Origin: Cylindrospermopsis raciborskii Cr2010
Lineage (GTDB): Bacteria; Cyanobacteriota; Cyanobacteriia; Cyanobacteriales; Nostocaceae
Length of the DNA stretch: 32,000 nucleotides
NCBI RefSeq assembly: GCF_003367075.2
Contig: NZ_CP065936.1
Coordinates: 3,420,001 to 3,452,000, forward strand
Direction of reading: 5' to 3'
Positions 9,959 to 17,741 of this stretch are shown here, one piece after another. Within the stretch, counting starts at the first letter, position 1. Each line of letters opens with the position of its first letter. The notes beneath the pieces are model-generated. The model saw only the letters and a list, made by a program, of their open reading frames with translations, did not search any database and had not been told where the DNA came from. A program made the position numbers and the translations under genes.

Positions 9959-10197
9959 CGTAGGTTGGGTTGAAGAAGGAAGTGTTAATAGTGTTATGGC
10001 GATCGCATCTACAGTAGCAGCAAATTCCGTGTTTATTGATGACTGCAAGATATGGCTATTTCCTTAAACATAGATTCTTAGGTTGTATTATTATCATTGT
10101 TGGTGTATGTGTATTAAGCATTTTCTAGGGCGATCGCCGATTGGCTAGAAAACGACTTAAGACATAACTCAACCCAACAAACTATTCTATTACAGAT
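9959..10197. repeat. same hairpin repeat as 7830-7877, expanded copy with 195 nt between the arms
   Basis: CGTAGGTTGGGTT lies at 9959-9971. The 10-bp arms GTTGGGTTGA (9964-9973) and TCAACCCAAC (10169-10178) flank 195 nt. The tail AACCCAACAAACTATTCTATTACAGAT (10171-10197) matches 7851-7877 at 24 of 27 positions. Confidence 0.65.
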
Positions 10198-10403
10198 CTT
10201 GAAATATCTAACCACAAAATTATCTGATTGTGACTTGTTTATAACGGATATGCTGTGATTCAAGAAAAAGCTGAAGTTAATGCTGTTCATATCCCAGCAG
10301 AAGGATTCGATTAAACCTATTAATGCGAATAAAAAACTAAATCTGTATTATTTGATTCCTAATCGGGTGGAATTGAAAGTTAAAATAACAAAAACCTGTC
10401 AAA

Positions 10404-11708
10404 TTGTTATATAACCCTGGAAAGTTGACAACACATATAACCGAAAACAAAACCCTATTCCCAGCTTCGATTTTTCGACTGGATAATGGTTTGACATTTA
10501 TTCATCAGGAGATAGCAGCTACCCCCGTGGTGGTAGCGGACGTGTGGGTGCGTGCAGGAGCAACTTCGGAATCAGATCCCTTGTTTGGCATGGCACACTT
10601 TTTAGAACACATGATTTTTAAGGGCACAGCTAGTTTGGGTCCAGGGGAGTTTGACTATAACATCGAGCGTATGGGTGGGATCAGCAATGCAGCTACTAGC
10701 CACGACTATACCCATTACTATCTTGCCACAGCTAACCACTATTTAGCAGATACTCTTCCTCATTTGGGAGAACTGTTACTCAATGCAGCTATTTTTGAAG
10801 ATGAATTTATACGTGAAAGGGATGTGGTTTTGGAAGAAATTCGTAGTTGTGCGGATGATCCTGATGCTATGGGATTTGAAGCACTATTAAAAACCGTCTA
10901 TGAGAACCACCCTTACGGAAGACCTATTTTGGGAACAAAAAAGGAATTAATGGAAAACTCACCGGAAGCGATGCGATGTTTTCATCGTCGTCATTACCAA
11001 CCGGAAAATATGACTGTGGTCATAGTGGGAGGGATAGAAAGAGATACTTCATGGGAAATTGTCAATAAAACATTTAAAAATTTTAAAAACCAGGATGATT
11101 TTCCCACATCTATTCCCACATCTAATCAACTAGCACCACCCCAAATTAGGGATGTTAAAAGGCAAGAATTAATATTACCTAGAATAGAGCAAGCGCGTTT
11201 AATCATGGCCTGGAATTTGCCCGGAATGGAGGAACTGGCCATAGCAAATGGTTTAGAGATACTATCAGTCATTTTGGGACAGGGAAGAACTTCTCGTTTA
11301 GTCAATGATTTAAGGGAAGAGAAACAACTAGTACAGGAGATCTACACTAATTTTTCAGTGCAAAAAGACTCTAGTTTGCTCACAATTACCGCCTACTTAG
11401 AACCTGAATATCTGGATAGAGTAGAAAATCTGATTTTGGAACATTTACATAGGTTGCAAATTCATGGTGTCACCGAGCAAGAACTTAAACGAACCCAAAG
11501 ATCTCTTTGCAATGACTATGCGTTTAACACAGAAACGCCAAATCAGCTAGCATCTCTTTATGGCTACTATAACACAGTTGCCAAAGCCCAATTGTCTGTT
11601 GCTTATCCGGAGCAGATTCAGTCCTTCAATACCAAAAAACTGCAAAAAGTGGCTCAAAATTATCTTTCGCTACAAGATTATGCAGTTACTATAATGAAAC
11701 CGTATTAA
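10404..11708 (+). CDS. M16 (pitrilysin) family zinc peptidase, catalytic subunit
   Basis: 434-aa ORF with the HxxEH zinc motif (HFLEHMIFKG) and a downstream glutamate region (ERDVVLEEI). The frame opens at 10389 after a TAA and has no ATG before codon 63, so TTG 10404 or another non-ATG codon is the start. Confidence 0.85.
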   Translation: MLYNPGKLTTHITENKTLFPASIFRLDNGLTFIHQEIAATPVVVADVWVRAGATSESDPLFGMAHFLEHMIFKGTASLGPGEFDYNIERMGGISNAATSHDYTHYYLATANHYLADTLPHLGELLLNAAIFEDEFIRERDVVLEEIRSCADDPDAMGFEALLKTVYENHPYGRPILGTKKELMENSPEAMRCFHRRHYQPENMTVVIVGGIERDTSWEIVNKTFKNFKNQDDFPTSIPTSNQLAPPQIRDVKRQELILPRIEQARLIMAWNLPGMEELAIANGLEILSVILGQGRTSRLVNDLREEKQLVQEIYTNFSVQKDSSLLTITAYLEPEYLDRVENLILEHLHRLQIHGVTEQELKRTQRSLCNDYAFNTETPNQLASLYGYYNTVAKAQLSVAYPEQIQSFNTKKLQKVAQNYLSLQDYAVTIMKPY

Positions 11709-11717
11709 CGAGTAAGA

Positions 11718-13001
11718 ATGCAAAACAGAAACAATATAGATGATTGTAAATTTTCCATCCATCGTACAACACTAGCAAATGGCATAGTGTTATTGATAGC
11801 TGAAAACCCCATAGCGGATATTATAGCAGCCAAAATTTTTGTTCGTGCTGGTAGCTGTTATGAAAATCCAGAAAAAGCAGGGTTGGCAAATTTATTATCA
11901 GCAGTGATGACCAAGGGTTGTGATGGTTTTTCCAGTCTAGAAATTGCTGAAAAAGTTGAATCCGTAGGTGCAAATTTAAGCGTGGATGCAAGTACAGATT
12001 ACTTTTTGCTCTCTTTAAAAACAGTCAGTGCTGATTTTGCAGAAATTTTAGCTCTGTCGGGTTTATTGTTAAAATCGCCCACATTTCCTGAAAAACAAAT
12101 AGAACTAGAAAAGCGATTAGCAATACAGGATGTTCGTTCTCAGAAAGAACAACCCTTTAACCTAGCTTTTAAAGAGATCCGCGAAGCAATGTACCAAAAT
12201 CATCCCTATGGTAGGTCAGTGCTGGGTACAGAAGCAAGCATACATGGCATTAATTATAAAGACTTGGTTGAATTTCATCAAAACCATTTTCGTCCAGATA
12301 ATATAGTTATCAGTATTGCTGGGAGGACAAAAGCCAAAACTGCCATAGAAATGGTCACAGAAGTTTTTGGCGATTGGACACTACCAAACACCGCAAGACA
12401 TGCACTTGATTTACCCAAAATTTCCATTGCTCCCAAATCTTGTCTTCAACCCTTAAATACACAACAGTCAATAATTATGCTGGGTTATATGGGGAGTTCC
12501 ATAAATTCTCCCGCATACCCCGTCCTCAAATTGTTATCCACATACCTAGGAAATGGACTTTCTAGCCGTCTATTTGTAGAATTGCGAGAAAAAAGAGGTT
12601 TAGCCTACGAAATCTCAGCCATTTATTCTACTAGACCATATCCAGCATCATTTATAGTGTATATGGGTACTGCACCAGAGAATACTAGCAGGGCAATTAA
12701 AGAGTTGGGTCAAGAAGTAGAAAGACTTTCTCAGATTGAACTTTCCCCGGAAGAATTACAAACCGCGAAAAATAAAATCTTAGGACACTACGCCCTGGGG
12801 AAACAAACCAATGGACAAATTGCCCACATATATGGGTGGTATGAAATTTTGGGATTAGGTATTGAATTCGACCATGAGTTTCCTCAGCTAATCAATCAGG
12901 TCAGTCCGGAATTAGCTATGACAGTAGCCAATAGTTATTTAAAAACACCCTACTTATCTTTGGTTGGCCCTGGGGAGGCGATTGACCTAACTACCGCATG
13001 A
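11718..13001 (+). CDS. M16 family peptidase-like protein, non-catalytic partner
   Basis: 427-aa ORF starting 9 nt after the upstream M16 gene. It has the same fold signatures (NGIVLL, HPYGRSVLGT), but the HxxEH position reads ANLLSAVMTKG. Confidence 0.85.
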   Translation: MQNRNNIDDCKFSIHRTTLANGIVLLIAENPIADIIAAKIFVRAGSCYENPEKAGLANLLSAVMTKGCDGFSSLEIAEKVESVGANLSVDASTDYFLLSLKTVSADFAEILALSGLLLKSPTFPEKQIELEKRLAIQDVRSQKEQPFNLAFKEIREAMYQNHPYGRSVLGTEASIHGINYKDLVEFHQNHFRPDNIVISIAGRTKAKTAIEMVTEVFGDWTLPNTARHALDLPKISIAPKSCLQPLNTQQSIIMLGYMGSSINSPAYPVLKLLSTYLGNGLSSRLFVELREKRGLAYEISAIYSTRPYPASFIVYMGTAPENTSRAIKELGQEVERLSQIELSPEELQTAKNKILGHYALGKQTNGQIAHIYGWYEILGLGIEFDHEFPQLINQVSPELAMTVANSYLKTPYLSLVGPGEAIDLTTA

Positions 13002-13080
13002 GATAAAATGGTGATGTCAAATTCTTGAGCTAAATCCTTTAGTAAGTTTTACCGAATCAGTTTCTAACCCAATCAATTGT

Positions 13081-13884
13081 ATGCGATATAACTTGAGCAA
13101 CTCGACTAATTGGATCGCCCACATCACCAAGGTTCACCACTGGCCATTACTAATTTTAACTCCTTTAGTTCCAATGGGTGGCAATATGCTATCCATAGCA
13201 TACACGCCAATTGCCCAGGTAACTGGAGTTGGTAGTATCAACCGTCCCATGCTAAAAATTGGTAGTCAAGGCGAATCGGTATCAGAATTGCAAGCAACAC
13301 TGGCACTTTTGGGTTTCTATTCAGGACCCGTGGATGGGGTTTATCGAGACTCCACAGCCAAAGCAGTTTCTCAGTTCAAGCAAGTAGTTGGTCTTGCTCC
13401 TGATGGTATTGTAGATACCATAACCTGGCAGAAACTTTTTCCTAGTGTACCAAATATTGGCATCACTACCCCCCGTAATAACCCTGAGAATAGACAACCT
13501 ACCACAAGAAGTGGTAGAGAAGGTAACAGTAACAACAACATAATAAGGAAAAATACTCAGCCTCAACAAGTTGTTACTCAGCCACCTGCTCGACCAATCA
13601 TGGTTTTTAAACCTACTCCTGTTAGTCAGCGAAATCCTAAAATTCAGTATACCCAATCTGGGTGGGCCATTTTGCGTTTGGGTAATACTGGTGCAGAAGT
13701 GACAAAATTACAAAGATTGCTCAGAGCTTTAGGATTTTTTCCTTCCCCCATAGATGGTAAGTTTAGTGTCACTCTGGAGAGAGCAGTTAAAGCAGCTCAA
13801 CTCCGTTATGGTTTGACTGCAGATGGTGTAGTAGGTGGACAGACTTGGGACGTTTTTATCCAACGATTACCTAGACTACCTTGA
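13081..13884 (+). CDS. peptidoglycan-binding domain protein (two PG_binding_1 repeats, no recognisable catalytic domain)
   Basis: Two repeats of the type G..V..LQ..L..LGF....IDG.F...T..AV..FQ...GL..DG.VG..TW are separated by an N/Q/P/R/T-rich linker. The N-terminus is hydrophobic. The start codon is uncertain. Confidence 0.75.
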   Translation: MRYNLSNSTNWIAHITKVHHWPLLILTPLVPMGGNMLSIAYTPIAQVTGVGSINRPMLKIGSQGESVSELQATLALLGFYSGPVDGVYRDSTAKAVSQFKQVVGLAPDGIVDTITWQKLFPSVPNIGITTPRNNPENRQPTTRSGREGNSNNNIIRKNTQPQQVVTQPPARPIMVFKPTPVSQRNPKIQYTQSGWAILRLGNTGAEVTKLQRLLRALGFFPSPIDGKFSVTLERAVKAAQLRYGLTADGVVGGQTWDVFIQRLPRLP

Positions 13885-13937
13885 TTTTTGTTGTAGAATT
13901 TGGAAAGTTGCGATCGCTCATCAACCTAATAACTAGC

Positions 13938-14291
13938 ATGAAACACCTTTTACTAACTTGGATCGGTACTGCCTTGGCACTGTTAGTCACATCTAAATTT
14001 GTTCCTGGCTTTACGATTACTAGTCCGGTAGCTGCGCTTAGTGCGGCGGTCATTATCGCGCTTGTCAATGCTATTGTTCGTCCAATTTTGAATATTTTAG
14101 CATTCCCAGTTAACTTTCTCACTTTTGGACTATTCAGTTTTGTTATTAATGCTTTATGTCTTTTGTTAGCTAGTAAGATAGCTGCTACTTCTGGTTTTCG
14201 GATTGATGGTTTTTTACCTGCTTTTTTAGGGTCTATTGTTTTGTCAATTGCTTCCACATTAATTAACTACTTTATGCGATTAATCGTTTAG
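13938..14291 (+). CDS. phage holin family IV / DUF360 (YvlD-like) membrane protein
   Basis: 117 aa from ATG 13938 (MKHLLLTWIGTALALLV...). It has four hydrophobic segments, including the characteristic NAIVRPIL and FGLFSFVINALCLLLA stretches. Confidence 0.65.
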   Translation: MKHLLLTWIGTALALLVTSKFVPGFTITSPVAALSAAVIIALVNAIVRPILNILAFPVNFLTFGLFSFVINALCLLLASKIAATSGFRIDGFLPAFLGSIVLSIASTLINYFMRLIV

Positions 14292-14313
14292 TATGGGGGA
14301 GCAGGAGAGAATT

Positions 14314-14760
14314 TCAAGCTCTTGTAGCAACAGCTATAGTCATAGATCCTTGGTTCGGTAGACGGAAAATTTCTTTGGGAACTAACAACTGGGCTCTGGA
14401 ATTGTTTTGAGCAGCACAAAGAAGAGCTGCTGCTTCTGCTATGCTTGGTGTTCCCATAATTTTGGTAATTATTTGACTGGGATTGGGAACACTGATACTT
14501 GATAGGGTGGTTGAGCTAAAGGTTTGTAATCTGAAATTGTTTTTTAAGCAAAATTCGACTAGTCCTGGCTCTGACGCTTTAGTTTCAATAGTGGCTATCC
14601 GATCTATAGTCTGGGGATCTATTCTGTATTTTTGGCACACTTTGTTGAGTCCTAGCTCAATCAAGAGACAGGAAACCCCCTTTTGACAACCAATACCTAC
14701 CCAGACCTGCTTTCTACCTGGACTGAATATTAATTCTATGTTCTGTTGGGGGATGCACAT
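14314..14760 (-). CDS. CbiG C-terminal-domain protein (cobalamin biosynthesis related), stand-alone
   Basis: VWVGIGCQKG, IATIETKASEPGLVEF, VPNPSQII and GTPSIAEAAALL match the CbiG_C domain. I prefer ATG 14760 over the ORF-track TTG at 14802. Confidence 0.6.
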   Translation of the reverse strand: MCIPQQNIELIFSPGRKQVWVGIGCQKGVSCLLIELGLNKVCQKYRIDPQTIDRIATIETKASEPGLVEFCLKNNFRLQTFSSTTLSSISVPNPSQIITKIMGTPSIAEAAALLCAAQNNSRAQLLVPKEIFRLPNQGSMTIAVATRA

Positions 14761-15105
14761 TTCGTTCCATAAATTTGGTTCATATAATAGTCTTTTTGTC
14801 AAGTATTTAGAGTCGATATATGAGATAGTAATATGAGATATGAGTAATTGATAAGCTGAGGTAATACCATTTTTATTATTTCTTTGTTATTTTGTATTTA
14901 GCGGGACAGTTATTCCACATACCGTGAGTTTCAATGGCAATTAGTTAGGGGGTTCCTAAGCTGTTATACGGGATATTTTGGACAGATTCAACTTTTAAGC
15001 ATCTTATCTAGAATAACCAGAGCAGCATAACAATATTCCCTAAAGATTTCTATGGTACTAAATCAAAGAAATTGTGTTATTCCCAGGAGAAGAGGATATA
15101 AAACT

Positions 15106-15444
15106 ATGACCACGACAGATACTCAACCTATCATTTTTGCCACCCTGGTTGACCATAAAGTAAATGGTAAACAATCAAGACATAAGTTTGATTTACTTAA
15201 GCCCATACGTCAATGGCTAGATGATATAGAAATAAAAAACTCTCAAGTTGCACGTTTGATAGCTAAATTGATTCCTGCTCAATGTCCTTTTGAGCGAGAC
15301 ATTAAATTGTTTAATCGCAAAATCGGCCACATTCCACCTCTGTGCAAACTCAATCCGCTGTATGATCAGTTTGTGGGGTTGCGGTTTCGTGCTTTGTGTT
15401 ATTTGGCTGATGAATGCGGGGAAGACATTAGGTTTTACTGCTAA
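15106..15444 (+). CDS. Mo-dependent nitrogenase C-terminal domain family protein (small, Cys-rich, function unknown)
   Basis: 112 aa from ATG 15106, preceded by AGGAGAAGAGGA. LLKPIRQWLD, AQCPFERD, HIPPLCKLNPLY and FRALCYLADECGE are typical of this cyanobacterial family. Confidence 0.65.
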   Translation: MTTTDTQPIIFATLVDHKVNGKQSRHKFDLLKPIRQWLDDIEIKNSQVARLIAKLIPAQCPFERDIKLFNRKIGHIPPLCKLNPLYDQFVGLRFRALCYLADECGEDIRFYC

Positions 15445-15470
15445 GTATGAGGAAGTAGGTAAATTAATTA

Positions 15471-16217
15471 ATGCTATTACATCTAAGCACATGGTTAGAA
15501 GTTGAAAAATATCTACAAATTTCCTCGGGGATTATTATTCCCATTGGATCTACAGAGCAACATGGACCAACGGGTTTAATTGGCACCGACGCAGTATGCG
15601 CCGAGTTCATATCCCATGGCGTGGGGGAAGCAACACAAGCTATGGTGGGACCTACCATTAATGTTGGTATGGCATTACATCATAGTGCTTTTCCCGGTAC
15701 TATCAGTTTACGACCTAGCACCCTAATTTTAGTGTTGAGAGATTATATAAGTAGTTTAGCAAAAGCGGGTTTTACCAAGTTTTATTTTATTAATGGACAT
15801 GGCGGTAATATTGCCACTTTAAAAACAGCTTTTTCCGAAACCTATGCCTATTTGGAAGATATACAAGTAAAAAACTTCCAAAAAGTGCAGTGTCAACTTG
15901 GTAATTGGTTTACATGTACTTCTGTGTACAAACTGGCCCAGGAGTTGTATGGAGATAAGGAGGGTTCCCATGCTACTCCCAGTGAGGTAGCACTAACCCA
16001 ATATATTTATCCCCAAGCAATTAAACAGTCTTTTCTTGCACCAGATGTTGCAAGTGGTCACAGAATTTACGGACCTAACGATTTTCGTTTACGTTATCCT
16101 GATGGTCGCATGGGTTCCCATCCTGACTTAGCTACTCCTGAACATGGCAAGCAGTTTTATGATTTGGCTGTGGAAGAGTTAAGTACAGCATATTCCAAGT
16201 TCCTTAATCAAGATTGA
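15471..16217 (+). CDS. creatininase family amidohydrolase
   Basis: 248-aa ORF with the metal-ligand motifs PIGSTEQHGP and FINGHGGN. It starts 26 nt after the upstream gene. Confidence 0.8.
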   Translation: MLLHLSTWLEVEKYLQISSGIIIPIGSTEQHGPTGLIGTDAVCAEFISHGVGEATQAMVGPTINVGMALHHSAFPGTISLRPSTLILVLRDYISSLAKAGFTKFYFINGHGGNIATLKTAFSETYAYLEDIQVKNFQKVQCQLGNWFTCTSVYKLAQELYGDKEGSHATPSEVALTQYIYPQAIKQSFLAPDVASGHRIYGPNDFRLRYPDGRMGSHPDLATPEHGKQFYDLAVEELSTAYSKFLNQD

Positions 16218-16271
16218 ATGCAGTTTATACAAAACCTGTAAGGATGTAAAAGGACAAACGTTAAGTCTTGA

Positions 16272-17684
16272 TTAAGCTTGGGCATTACCCTCTGCTCGTG
16301 CAGCTTGTTTGACAGCAGCAGCAACAGCGCTAGCAACGCGGTTATCAAACACAGAGGGAATGATATATTCCCGGTTTAAATCTGAGGTATTCACTAAAGA
16401 AGCGATCGCCTTAGCAGCTTCTAAGCACATATTACTAGTAATAACTTTAGAACGACAGTCTAAAGCTCCACGAAATACTCCGGGAAAGGCTAGAACATTA
16501 TTAATTTGATTAGGATAATCACTGCGTCCTGTGGCCATGACCGCAACGTTTTTAGGCGCTAATTCCGGTTGAATTTCCGGGATAGGATTAGCCATAGCAA
16601 AAACGATAGCATCTTTGGTCATGGACTTGACCATTTCCGGTGTTAAAACCCCAGGTTTACTCAAACCAATAAACACGTCTGCACCCTGGGTAGCGCCAAC
16701 TAGGGTTCCTTGAGCTTTAACTGCGAATTCCAGTTTTTCTGGGTTCAAATCCGTACGATTAGTAGATATGATTCCCTGAGAGTCACACATCCAGATTTGT
16801 TCTGCACCAGCTTTGCGCAGTAAGCGGGCCACGGCTATTCCTGCAGCGCCAGCACCATTAATCACGATCCGAATTTGATTAATAGACTTATTAACTAGTT
16901 TTAGGGCATTTAATAAAGCAGCCAGAGTTACAATAGCAGTACCATTTTGGTCATCATGAAAAATAGGAATGTCTAATTCCGATTGCAGTCTCTGTTCAAT
17001 TTCAAAACATCGAGGTGCAGCGATGTCTTCCAAATTGACGCCGCCAAATACGGGGGCAATATTTTTCACAGCCCTGATAATTTCTTCAGTGTCTTGAGTG
17101 TCTAAACAAATAGGGAAAGCATCTATATTGGCAAATTCCTTGAATAACATTGCCTTACCCTCCATTACTGGTAAAGCAGCTTCAGGACCGAGATTACCCA
17201 ACCCCAAAACCGCACTACCATCGGTGACAATAGCAACAGTATTTTGTTTAATAGTCAAACGGTAAACTTCCTCCGGTTTTTGGGCGATCGCCTGACAAAT
17301 TCTTCCTACTCCTGGAGTATAGGCCATAGCCAAGTCAGAGACCGTTTTGATGGGAATTCTACTAGCAATGCTGATTTTTCCACCTTCATGTAAATTAAAA
17401 GTTCGGTCATAGACATTAATCACCTGAATATCCGTCAGCTCTTTTACTGAATTAACAATAGTTTCACCATGTTCACCACTTGCTGCATCTACAGTAATAT
17501 CACGTATGGAGTTATGTCTATTTTGTTCAATTAAATCTATTTGTCCAATATTACCACCAGTCAGAGCGATCGCCTGGGTAACAGATGCTAACATTCCCAC
17601 CCGGTTGGGAATTTTGAGACGTAGGGTCACACTGAAACTGGAATTAGGGGTCAGGTTTGTCATGGTATTGTGAGAGGTTTCCAA
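16272..17684 (-). CDS. NAD(P)-dependent malic enzyme with N-terminal ACT-like domain
   Basis: 470-aa ORF with [18 protein letters not shown] and the NGAGAAGIA Rossmann motif. The N-terminal ~75 aa ([18 protein letters not shown]) are ACT-like. Confidence 0.9.
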   Translation of the reverse strand: METSHNTMTNLTPNSSFSVTLRLKIPNRVGMLASVTQAIALTGGNIGQIDLIEQNRHNSIRDITVDAASGEHGETIVNSVKELTDIQVINVYDRTFNLHEGGKISIASRIPIKTVSDLAMAYTPGVGRICQAIAQKPEEVYRLTIKQNTVAIVTDGSAVLGLGNLGPEAALPVMEGKAMLFKEFANIDAFPICLDTQDTEEIIRAVKNIAPVFGGVNLEDIAAPRCFEIEQRLQSELDIPIFHDDQNGTAIVTLAALLNALKLVNKSINQIRIVINGAGAAGIAVARLLRKAGAEQIWMCDSQGIISTNRTDLNPEKLEFAVKAQGTLVGATQGADVFIGLSKPGVLTPEMVKSMTKDAIVFAMANPIPEIQPELAPKNVAVMATGRSDYPNQINNVLAFPGVFRGALDCRSKVITSNMCLEAAKAIASLVNTSDLNREYIIPSVFDNRVASAVAAAVKQAARAEGNAQA

Positions 17685-17741
17685 GTTGAGACTTTAGATT
17701 TGATTTTGACACATATTTAAGGGATAAAGGTTTTAATAGCC

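Noticed and set aside
9818-10048. 76-aa minus-strand ORF spanning the left arm of the expanded repeat.
   Set aside because: It needs a TTG start, overlaps the 3' end of the nuclease-fold gene, and part of it is simply the translated repeat (SSTQPT). It looks like a repeat-derived artefact.
9996-10067. 23-codon ORF (MAIASTVAANSVFIDDCKIWLFP) inside the 195-nt insert, with GAAGGAAG upstream.
   Set aside because: The purine tract lies about 15 nt from the ATG, the peptide has no distinguishing features, and there is no conservation evidence. Ribo-seq or multi-copy comparison would be needed to revive it.
7830-10197. The repeat arms GTTGGGT and ACCCAAC fit the integron attC core consensus (GTTRRRY and RYYYAAC), and the cassette genes are co-oriented, which suggested an integron cassette or an attC cluster without an integrase.
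   Set aside because: The order is reversed relative to attC sites (RYYYAAC...GTTRRRY). The compact copy has only a 6-nt loop, far shorter than real attC sites. No attC-like site separates the two gene pairs. No intI or attI is present.
10303-10312. GGATTCGATT resembling a tRNA T-arm.
   Set aside because: There is no flanking acceptor or anticodon stem complementarity, and it does not match GGTTCGAATCC. No tRNA could be folded here or elsewhere in the window.
10280-10414. 44-aa Lys-rich ORF upstream of, and overlapping, the M16 peptidase start.
   Set aside because: Its AT-rich composition explains the K/N/I bias. It has no ribosome-binding site and overlaps the peptidase start out of frame.
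13871-14257. 128-aa ORF antisense to the holin-family gene, and a 111-aa ORF at 13321-13656 antisense to the PG-binding gene.
   Set aside because: The sense strands encode clear domain-bearing proteins. The antisense translations are K/T/S-rich with no recognisable features.
14803-15105. Cobalamin riboswitch or NtcA box near the CbiG-like and Mo-nitrogenase-C-family genes.
   Set aside because: No B12-box-like sequence was seen. Only GTA-N8-TAT near-matches occur, with no suitably placed -10 element.
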